Source: Octopus bimaculoides
Taxonomy: Eukaryota
Direction of reading: 5' to 3'
Assembly: GCF_001194135.2 (NCBI RefSeq)
Contig: NC_068988.1
Span: 7,157,175-7,190,784, forward strand
DNA: 33,610 nucleotides
Below the pieces are notes generated by a model, which was not told the DNA's origin, searched no databases, and worked only from the letters and a program-made list of their open reading frames with translations. Below are positions 12,909 to 21,156 of the stretch, piece by piece (position 1 is the stretch's first letter; the number at the start of each line of letters is the position of its first letter). Position numbers and translations under genes: made by a program.

Positions 12909-13222
12909 AAGAAGAAGAAGAAGAAGAAGAAGAAGAAGAATAGGAAGAAGAAGAAGAAGAAGAAGAAGAAGAAGAAGAAGAAGAAAAAGAAAGAGAAGAA
13001 GAAGAAGAAGAAGAAGAAGAAGAAGAAGAAGAAGAAGAATAGGAAGAAGAAGAAGAAGAAGAAGAAAGAGAAGAAGAAGAAGAAGAAGAAGAAGAAGAAG
13101 CAGAAGAAGAAGACGACAAAGAAGAAGAAGGAGGAGGAGGAGAGGAAGAAGAATAGGAAGAAGAAGAAGAAGAAGAAGAAGAAGAAGAAGAAGACGACAA
13201 AAAGAAGAAGAAAAAGAAGAAT
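12909..13222. repeat. Interrupted (GAA)n polypurine tract, at least 310 bp, extending into a gap
   Basis: Direct reading; recurrent AATAGG, AAAGAG and GACGACAAA interruptions. Confidence 0.95.
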
Positions 13223-13346
13223 TGTAGGAGCAAAAAAGGCAAAGAGAAAATTTCATATCCCCTTCCACTTCCCCTCCTCCGCCTCCTCCTCCGTCCCCCA
13301 CCCAAGAACGGTGGTTTGACCACTGATGTTTCTGATAAGTACTCAC

Positions 13347-13424
13347 AGGTGCTGGACAGCCAGGACGGCGCCGGTCTAGCCACCTCTCACCCTCCCTCTC
13401 TCTTATCATGTAACACCTTGTCAC
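13347..13424 (-). other. Candidate exon ending at a consensus 5' splice donor (CCT|GTGAGT)
   Basis: Locally GC-rich, non-repetitive segment. Minus-strand donor GTGAGT at 13346-13341; the open frame MIREREGERWLDRRRPGCPAP ends in phase 0. No homology recognised. Confidence 0.25.
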
Positions 13425-13724
13425 CGCCTCGCCCCTTCTGACTCCCTCTCACCTATACAATCTACCTCTCTTCTAATCTCTCTCTCTCTCTCTCTCTCAC
13501 CCTTCCTCTCTCTCGTTTCTCTCGTCTGCCTGATCGTTTTACTAGGCCTCCTTTCAGGACCACTTGTTATGGTCTCCCTACCCCGAACTCTTCACCACCC
13601 GTTCCTTTTCACACACACACACACACTCACAGTACACACGCACACATTCACACGCGTATCATGCGCAGATACGCTCTCTCTCTCCCTCTCTGTCACTCAC
13701 TCTCTCTCTGCGTCNNNNNNNNNN

Positions 13725-13764
<40 letters not shown>

Positions 13765-13964
13765 TCACACACACACACATACACTACATAACGTTGTGCT
13801 GCGCATTCTTTATCTTTCACTCTTATACATTCTCTCTCTCTCTCTCTCACTTCATCTGTCTACATAGCTCTCTTTACACACACACACACACACACACAGC
13901 TACAAGCATACCTTTGCACGCTTCTACATACCAACACTAACATCAAACTAACAGCGAAGCGTCT

Positions 13965-14135
13965 AAGTTACCGACAGACCTGCTAAACATAGCAGTCAAA
14001 ATATACGGGGAAATAAAAATCTACCGTCTTAAATAAAGTTCACAGTTGGAAATGTCTTCCATAACCAATAAAAGACGGGGTGGTCACGCATGGAGCATAT
14101 CTCATAAGCCAGGACTGAACCAGAGCTAAACAACC
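13965..14135 (+). mobile_element. Unclassified dispersed repeat (family G)
   Basis: CTGCTAAACATAGCAGTCAAA...AAAAGACGGGGTGGTCAC...GAGCTAAACAAC. Related pieces occur at about 8100-8175, 10735-10755, 20370-20460 and, on the minus strand, 21835-21870 and 23875-23910. Confidence 0.5.
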
Positions 14136-14149
14136 ACATGCACATACAC

Positions 14150-14535
14150 ACTCACACGTGAATGTATGTGTGTGTATGTATGTATATGTATGTGTGTATA
14201 TATGTATATATGTATGCATGTGTGTATATATGTATATATGTATATATGTATGTGTGTGTATATGTATGTATGTGTACGTATGTTTGTATGTATGTAGGTA
14301 TGTATGCATGTATGTATGTATGCATGCATGTATGTCTGTCTGTCTGTATGTATGTGTGTGTATATGTATGTGTGTATGTGTATATATGTAAGTGTATGTT
14401 TGTATGTATGTATGTATATATGCATGTATGTATGTATGTATGTATGCATTTATATATGCATGTATGTATGCATGTATATATGCATGTATGTATGTTTTTT
14501 ATATGTGCATGTCTGTCTGTATGTATGTCTGTACG
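14150..14535. repeat. Compound (TATG)n/(TG)n microsatellite
   Basis: Direct reading. Confidence 0.9.
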
Positions 14536-14536
14536 T

Positions 14537-14910
14537 CATTCAGTTATATTTCAAGATTTCATGCCAACAGAGAAAGAGCCGGTTTCTAACCTAGTTCAAA
14601 GGACCCTTCATTGGAATTTCAACATCAACAACAGGGTATTTTGTATGTATGTATATGTGCAGATTTGTATGTTTTGCTTTATGTATGCATTCTCATGCAT
14701 ATAGCTGCATCTCTAGACATGCTCAGATATACATAAATGATAAACTTCTGGAAGCTCTTACCGATTTTTACAGTTCTAATTATGGATTGGAACTGTAATC
14801 TTCTCCTTTCTGGTTTTGAGAGACCTAATTTCTCAAGATTGGTATTTAGGTAGTGTGTTACATATCCCAGGGCCCCAAAAATTACAGGTATAAACCTGAA
14901 CTTGTAATTT
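14537..14910 (-). mobile_element. 5'-truncated RLE-type non-LTR retrotransposon, copy 1 (extreme C-terminus + 3' UTR)
   Basis: The minus frame from 14909 reads NYKFRFIPVIFGALGYVTHYLNTNLEKLGLSKPERRRLQFQSIIRTVKIGKSFQKFII, containing the IPVIxGALG motif of the RLE C-terminus. (CATA)n flanks both sides. Confidence 0.7.
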
Positions 14911-14954
14911 GTATGAATGTATGTATGTATGTATGTATGTATGTATGTATGTAC

Positions 14955-16135
14955 TCTTTTTTTAATTTAAAATATCTTTTGACAGTTCACCTAATTAGTA
15001 GCAATGTTGTGATGGAAAGCATCTAATTATCACTCGTTAAATCTTAAGGCCTTGCAAATTTTTATGATCCCAAGTATTGTGATCATTTGCAGCGAATGAA
15101 TTAATGATTTGCGGTCTCTCCCCAGGATCCCAAGTTCAGCTCCCGATGGGTTGGTATATATTTTGTTGCTCCATAATAATAGGTATGAAACTGAAGTTGT
15201 ATCTTGGGTACTGGGTTTGCAATCCCCTGCACAATGGTCCAAAGATGTCCTGCTTCTCTTGTACTTTTTAACCACATTGGTGTCCAGAATGCAGCTGACT
15301 TCTACAATAAACCATATCATTCATTTCCTTGTGGCCCAACGCATTAATATTTGACCGGTTGTAAAGCGGCGAGCTAGCAGAAACGTTAGCACGCCGGGCG
15401 AAATGCTTAGCGCTATTTCGTCTGTCTTTACGTTCTGAGTTCAAATTCCGCCGGGGTCGACTTGGCATTTCATCCTTTCGGGGTCGATAAATTAAGTACC
15501 AGTTACGCACTGGGGTCGATATAATCGACTTAATCCCTTTGTCTGTCCTTGTTTGTCCCCTCTATGTTTAGCCCCTTGTGGGCAATAAAGAAATAAGAAA
15601 CGTTAGCACGACGGGCGAAATGCTTAGCGCTATTTCGTCTGTCTTTACGTTTTAAGTTCAAATTTGCCTTTCATCCTTTCGGGGGTCGATAAATTAAGTA
15701 CCAGTTGCGTACTGGGTTGATGTAATCGACAGGCCCCGCTCCCCCAAAATTTCGGGTTTCTTGCCTAGAGTAGAAAAGAATATTTGGCCGGTTGATAGTT
15801 ATTTTATTTTTCAAGTTCCACCAATAATCTTTTGACCCATCGGTCTCAACATAGTCAACATCGTCTGTAGAAATTTTAAATTTTTTATTTATTTTTTTCC
15901 TTTTAAAGACTGTTCTGGTCACTGCATCATGCCTCGTAGGACGATAGTACCCTGGAGTGGTTGATGCCTTCTACATTTATTGCCTGTCAATGTTTTCTGC
16001 TTTCATGGTGCAGGTACTTGCTGGGAATCTCTTGACTTTTAATTGCCTGGAGGTAGCAGCCTTCGAAGTGGGAGATCATGAAATTTTTCGTACCAAAGTA
16101 TCCACGTAGTACATTCTCAGTAAACTGATCCATTT
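14955..16135 (-). mobile_element. 5'-truncated RLE-type non-LTR retrotransposon, copy 2 (older), interrupted by a SINE dimer
   Basis: Ordered frameshifted peptides: FMISHFEGCYLQAIKSQEIPSKYL; NKCR (knuckle remnant); YYRPTRHDAVTRTV; KDYWWNLKNKITINRP; [SINEs]; WFIVEVSCILDTNVVKK; QEKQDIFGPLCRGLQTQYPRYNFSFIPIIM; LIHSLQMITILGIIKICKALRFNE*. The end is paralogous to copy 1. Confidence 0.75.
15362..15778 (+). mobile_element. Tandem SINE family B dimer (tail 1 then tail 2) flanked by one 16-bp TSD
   Basis: GCGGCGAGCTAGCAGAAACGTTAGCACGCCGGG...GGGCAATAAAGAAATAA|GAAACGTTAGCACGACGGG...GAGTAGAAAAG. AATATTTGACCGGTTG lies at 15346-15361 and AATATTTGGCCGGTTG at 15779-15794. Confidence 0.85.
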
Positions 16136-16139
16136 ATTC

Positions 16140-16310
16140 TGTATGTTTGTTCATGTATGTATGTATGTATGTATGTATGTATGTATGTATGTATGTATGT
16201 TTGTTTGTTTTTATGTATGTATGTATGTATGTATGTATGTATGTATGTATGCATGTCTGTATGTGTGTATGTATGTATGTGTGTATGTATGTATCTATGT
16301 ATGTATGTAT
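16140..16310. repeat. (TATG)n microsatellite
   Basis: Direct reading. Confidence 0.95.
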
Positions 16311-16775
16311 CAGAGGCGAGTCTAGGTCATCAGCGTCACTCGGGCTCATCACAGATTTCGCCCTAAATGGCTTATTTTTTATATCTAGTTCTACGTCTTA
16401 CTCCATTTCTAAGTTAAGGGTAAAAATAAAGCGACCCTGTGAAACACAACTGATCTTTTACACACAGACGCACAGAATAACAGCAATAAAATAACGACAG
16501 CGGAGTCCACAATGAACATCAGCGATCTGACAGTCGCCTGTACTCTTAGCAAGAGATACCGGTTAGTCTTTTACACCTACCAGGCTCGTTCGTATTATCC
16601 CGAGCTGCTGGATAACTTTTCACTCTTTTAACAATATTGTAGAACGGAAACTTTTCATAGATAGGAATTTAAATTCTAATCTCTATAGAAATTTATTATT
16701 TTCAAGTAAACATTGAATTTGGATTATTTTAAATTTTAACGATTAATAGCTAACAACTCGAAATGTAACTTCTGA

Positions 16776-16813
16776 GCCCGAGTCAGGCCCGAGTCAGGCC
16801 CGAGTCAGGCCCG
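16776..16813. repeat. GC-rich 11-bp tandem repeat (GCCCGAGTCAG)x3.5
   Basis: Three perfect units plus GCCCG. Confidence 0.95.
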
Positions 16814-16984
16814 TGTGGACGATGTCGAGAGAGCGTCTGCCGCCAATGATGTGTTTTGAGACAGGGCACCTCTAAGACGACCGTCAGACGCTGAACGAAG
16901 AAGATAAAGCAACTGCGACCAGTCTGAAAAAAAGGAGCCCAAGTTATTGGTTGAAATTACATACTTGAAGTCAGTGTCGGCACA

Positions 16985-17036
<52 letters not shown>

Positions 17037-17152
17037 CNNNNNNNNNNNNNNNNNNNNNNNNNNNNNNNNNNNNNNNNNNNNNNNNNNNNNNNNNNNNNNN
17101 NNNNNNNNNNNNNNNNNNNNNNNNNNNNNNNNNNNNNNNNNNNNNNNNNNNN

Positions 17153-17201
<49 letters not shown>

Positions 17202-17286
17202 TTTCTTATACGAAGTGTCCTTATTTACAGTTTAAATCAGGCGCGTATATTTTTAAAATAGTCATGCTGTATTTATGCTACGATAG

Positions 17287-17370
17287 TATATAAATGAGAA
17301 ATGTCTTAGTATTATGACGTCATATTTACGTTATCTTTTTTTTATATCACAGAAGAACTTCCGTTTCCTT
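17287..17370 (+). promoter_or_regulatory. Candidate promoter cluster: TATA (TATATAAA), perfect CRE palindrome, tandem ETS-like sites
   Basis: TATATAAA at 17287-17294; TATGACGTCATA at 17313-17324 (contains TGACGTCA); ACTTCCGTTTCCTT at 17357-17370. Lies about 400 bp upstream of the ORF at 17752. Motif-only evidence. Confidence 0.3.
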
Positions 17371-17751
17371 CTGTAAAAGTTTTAAAATTAAACTTTCATT
17401 ACAGTAAGGTGACAAGCGGTGTGTCGAACAAATGATAGGTTGTATCAAATAAGAACATCAACCATTGGCGTCAACTTCAGGACATCAAACACTTTCGATA
17501 TTAACTTACGAACACAAAAATCAATATTTATTTCCGATCATCAATATTCATATTGACTTTCGATACTTGAGGAACCGATATCGATTTTCTAATATTGCTT
17601 TCGTGTCTCTACAAGTTTGATTTCTGTACATGCTATTTGGGTGATTTTAGTGGAGTCCATGCCATTGTAATTTTTGGGGTCAGTTTTTCGTTTATAATAT
17701 GATACTTTCTCTTGTTCTTCCTACTGTCTGAGGCCCCGAACCCGCAACATA

Positions 17752-18177
17752 ATGGGTGCAATCCTTTCTCCTCTTATGATGAAAGAAAGACAAAAAGAAT
17801 TAGAGTCATTGGCTCTTGAAGATAAACCTCTGATACCGCCACCCGAAAATCAATCAGCAAAATCGAATACCCAGAATAAACCACCAATATTGACATTTAG
17901 TAATCAAACATTGATATCAATCCTCGGATATCACCCCTTGATGTCAAATCTAGAACATCAGGCTTCACTATCGATCTTTCAACATCAACCAATAATAGAA
18001 GCGTTTCAACAAATAAGACCACAAATGTTAGCGAACCTTCAAAATCATCCTTTGATAGAGACTTTCCATAATCAACCAGTCACATCCTACTTTGGATATG
18101 AAACCCTGAAATCGCCACGTGAAAAGTCAGCTTCTAATATCTACCGTTCATCATCAACCGCCGATATCGTAACATGA
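17752..18177 (+). CDS. 141-aa ORF with N-myristoylation-type start and 9-aa (27-bp) degenerate repeats; possible N-terminal part of a decayed cGLR-like gene
   Basis: This is the only long non-microsatellite, non-TE ORF in the window. Strong start context (A at -3, G at +4) and MGAILS fits M-G-x-x-x-S. Units: IPPPENQSA / KSNTQNKPP / ILTFSNQTL / ISILGYHPL / MSNLEHQAS / LSIFQHQPI / IEAFQQIRPQM / LANLQNHPL / IETFHNQPV / TSYFGYETL / KSPREKSAS. Confidence 0.5.
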   Translation: MGAILSPLMMKERQKELESLALEDKPLIPPPENQSAKSNTQNKPPILTFSNQTLISILGYHPLMSNLEHQASLSIFQHQPIIEAFQQIRPQMLANLQNHPLIETFHNQPVTSYFGYETLKSPREKSASNIYRSSSTADIVT

Positions 18178-18197
18178 ACATCGTCCATATCGATATT

Positions 18198-18512
18198 TTC
18201 AGTGTGGAAAGACGCACAAAAGACTTGAAACGCCAGGTATCAGCTGCAACCGAAAAAAATTAGTTAAGAAAAAAAAAATGGAAGATGAAGAATAAACGTG
18301 TCTCTAATTCGGGTTAGAATTTGTTGGTGAGAATTCTTAAAGACAAAATGGATCTCTATCCCATGGTCTGAAAAACACCTTGTCATTGCGAAATTCCAAT
18401 CATAAAATTTGTATTTCATTTATGAAATGTACCCAAAGAATTACAATTGCATATAGGTGGTCCGACATTGCTCATAAAGAATGGATTTCGAAGTGATTTT
18501 GTGACTTGTTAA
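18198..18512 (+). pseudogene. Putative decayed cGAS/Mab-21-like (cGLR) nucleotidyltransferase core
   Basis: One frame reads ...TKDLKRQVSAATEKN*LRKKKWKMKNKRVSNSG*NLLVRILKDKMDLYPMV*KTPCHCEIPIIKFVFHL*NVPKELQLHIGGPTLLIKNGFRSDFVTC*. NSG*NLLVRILKDKMDL parallels cGAS NTGSYYEHVKISAPNEFDV, where TAG and AAA are one substitution from TCG (Ser) and GAA (Glu). GGPTLLIKNGFRSDFV parallels GGSPAVTLLISEKISVDIT. The comparison is by eye from recalled sequence; there are four internal stops and the inter-motif spacing is short. Confidence 0.4.
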
Positions 18513-18516
18513 CCGA

Positions 18517-18910
18517 TATGCGTGGCTGTGTAATGAGAAGCATGCTTCCCAACCACGTGATTCCGGGTTCAGTCCCACTGCGTGGCACGTTGGGCAAGCA
18601 TCTTCTACTATGACCTCGGGCCGACCATTAACTTGAGCGGATTTGATACACAGAAACTGAAAAGAAATCCAACGTGTGTGTGTGTGTGTGTGTGTTTCTT
18701 TATGTTTATCTTCCACCATCGCATGACAACCAGTGTTGGTTTGTTTACGCTTTGCCCTTTCATAGTGGTTCGGCAAAAAGCGACCAACAGAATAAGTACC
18801 AGGCTTAAACAAAAATAAATGGGGATTTATTTGTTCGACTAAAACCCTTGAAGGCGGTGCCCCAGCATGGTCACAGTTTCATGACTGATACTAGTAAAAC
18901 AAAAGATATA
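18517..18910 (+). mobile_element. SINE family A, near full length with internal (TG)n
   Basis: Head GCGTGGCTGTGTAATGAGAAG...CACGTTGGGCAAG, (TG)n at about 18672-18693, and 3' module through CCCCAGCATGGTCACAG...GATACTAGTAAAAC. Confidence 0.85.
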
Positions 18911-18925
18911 AGAAAATCTTGCTCA

Positions 18926-19289
18926 AGGCGCATGCGTGACTGTGTTAAGAAGCTTGCTTCCCAACCACATGGTTCCGGGTTCAGTCCCACTGCGCGGCGC
19001 CTTGGGCAAGTGTCTTCTACTACAGCCTCGGGCTGCCCAAAGCCTTGTGAGTGGATTTGGTAGACGGAAACTGAATGAAGCCCGGCGTATATACGTATAT
19101 ATGTATATATGTGTGTGTGTCTTTGTGTCTGTGTTTGTCCCTCCGCCCCCCCGCTTGACAACCGAAGCATGGTCACAAGCATTCGGTCTGGGGATAATTA
19201 CATTAAGGTTACACACGTTTGCGATGTACTCAGCCACTTAAACGTTAATTCAGGATCAGGTAATTCAGTTAATCAAACAAAAGAATCCA
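18926..19289 (+). mobile_element. SINE family A 5' module joined to a decayed tail Y
   Basis: The A head and body run to GCTTGACAACCG (about 19163). The following TTACATTAAGGTTACACACG...CTCAGCCACTTAAACGTTAATTCA resembles 21540-21600. Confidence 0.65.
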
Positions 19290-20086
19290 NNNNNNNNNNN
19301 NNNNNNNNNNNNNNNNNNNNNNNNNNNNNNNNNNNNNNNNNNNNNNNNNNNNNNNNNNNNNNNNNNNNNNNNNNNNNNNNNNNNNNNNNNNNNNNNNNNN
19401 NNNNNNNNNNNNNNNNNNNNNNNNNNNNNNNNNNNNNNNNNNNNNNNNNNNNNNNNNNNNNNNNNNNNNNNNNNNNNNNNNNNNNNNNNNNNNNNNNNNN
19501 NNNNNNNNNNNNNNNNNNNNNNNNNNNNNNNNNNNNNNNNNNNNNNNNNNNNNNNNNNNNNNNNNNNNNNNNNNNNNNNNNNNNNNNNNNNNNNNNNNNN
19601 NNNNNNNNNNNNNNNNNNNNNNNNNNNNNNNNNNNNNNNNNNNNNNNNNNNNNNNNNNNNNNNNNNNNNNNNNNNNNNNNNNNNNNNNNNNNNNNNNNNN
19701 NNNNNNNNNNNNNNNNNNNNNNNNNNNNNNNNNNNNNNNNNNNNNNNNNNNNNNNNNNNNNNNNNNNNNNNNNNNNNNNNNNNNNNNNNNNNNNNNNNNN
19801 NNNNNNNNNNNNNNNNNNNNNNNNNNNNNNNNNNNNNNNNNNNNNNNNNNNNNNNNNNNNNNNNNNNNNNNNNNNNNNNNNNNNNNNNNNNNNNNNNNNN
19901 NNNNNNNNNNNNNNNNNNNNNNNNNNNNNNNNNNNNNNNNNNNNNNNNNNNNNNNNNNNNNNNNNNNNNNNNNNNNNNNNNNNNNNNNNNNNNNNNNNNN
20001 NNNNNNNNNNNNNNNNNNNNNCACTTGGAAATGTTATCATGTACATAGTTTTTTCTTCTGCCTAGATTAGAAAAGACTCTTTTTAA

Positions 20087-20302
20087 GGCGGAGACCTGGC
20101 AGAGTGGTTAGCACGCCGGGCGAAAAGGGTAGCGGTATTTCGTCTGTCTACGTTCTGAGTTCAAATTCCGCCGAGGTCGACTTTGCCTTTCATCCTTTCA
20201 GGGTCGATAAATTAAGTACCAGTTGCATACTGGCGTCGATCTAATCAACTGGACCCTCCCCCAAAATTTTCGGGCCTTGTGCCTCGAGTACAAAAGAATA
20301 TT
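20087..20302 (+). mobile_element. SINE family B, tail type 2, full length
   Basis: GGCGGAGACCTGGCAGAGTGGTTAGC (A box)...GAGTTCAAATTCC (B box)...GGTCGACTTTGCCTTTCATCCTTTCAGGGTCGATAAATTAAGTACC...AAAATTTTCGGGCCTTGTGCCTCGAGTACAAAAGAATA. Confidence 0.9.
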
Positions 20303-20499
20303 CGCGTTGGCTGGAGATAGGGACACTGTCCATAATCCTTGCAGCATCTCTAATTTCTTCTCCATGTATGGATGCAAGAAGCGAGATGGTTCCAATCACG
20401 ATGCTCTTAGTCACATGTCTGTCCAATCGTGGCTGACCTGGGGCTAAACAGCATCAATAATCAACAACAAACAACGTGAGTGGACATCAATGATTGCCA

Positions 20500-20549
20500 C
20501 CGCCTCCGCCTTCCACATCATCAGCATCAACACCACCATCATCATCATC

Positions 20550-20580
<31 letters not shown>

Positions 20581-20830
20581 TCATCATCGTCAGTATCATC
20601 ATCATCGCTACCATCACCACTACCACTACCAAGACTGCCACCAAAACCATACCACAATCATCACCGCATTGACCACGACCACTTCTACTACTTCAGCTAC
20701 TACTACCACCCAACACTACTACTTCTACTCCAACTCCTACCGCTATTACAAAAACTAGCTCCACTATAACCGCCACTACCACCACCACCACCACTACTAC
20801 CACTACCATCACCGCCACCACCACCAGTAA
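20500..20830. repeat. Compound (CAT)n/(CAC)n/(TAC)n trinucleotide repeat
   Basis: Direct reading; open in several frames. Confidence 0.9.
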
Positions 20831-21066
20831 AGAATTAAGAATAGTGGCGTCAGTAAAAGAAACAGCAGGAGCAGCAACATCAACAGCGGAAGTAGGCAGA
20901 GTTAACCGGACGCATTCACCATCACGACAGCAGCAAAAATATGTCGTCGGGCCGAGGAAATATCAAATGTAACCGCTTGACCTGCTCAAACAGATATGAA
21001 ATTAAGTTTAGGAAGTATCCACCATCTTTAAAATAGATATGAAGTGTGTGTGTGTGTGTGTGTGTG

Positions 21067-21156
<90 letters not shown>

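Noticed and set aside
12387-13424. Poly-Arg/Glu/Leu/Ser ORFs
   Set aside because: All frames of a (GAA)n tract plus a gap; no coding evidence.
16776-16813. CRISPR-like or iteron-like array
   Set aside because: Direct tandem units without spacers, in eukaryotic DNA; no cas or plasmid context.
18260-18425. A-to-I editing rescuing the stops in the cGLR-like frame
   Set aside because: Editing converts stops to Trp. Trp in the G[GS] motif, the K at the acidic position and the upstream frameshifts would not be repaired.
20022-20086. WKCYHVHSFFFCLD* as a Mab-21 C-terminal SYHhK-like motif
   Set aside because: Too short and weak, separated from the core by SINEs and a gap; could be chance.
20444-20769. 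Poly-His/Ile/Ser/Thr ORFs resembling His-rich proteins
   Set aside because: Compound trinucleotide microsatellite open in multiple frames, with no splice or start context.
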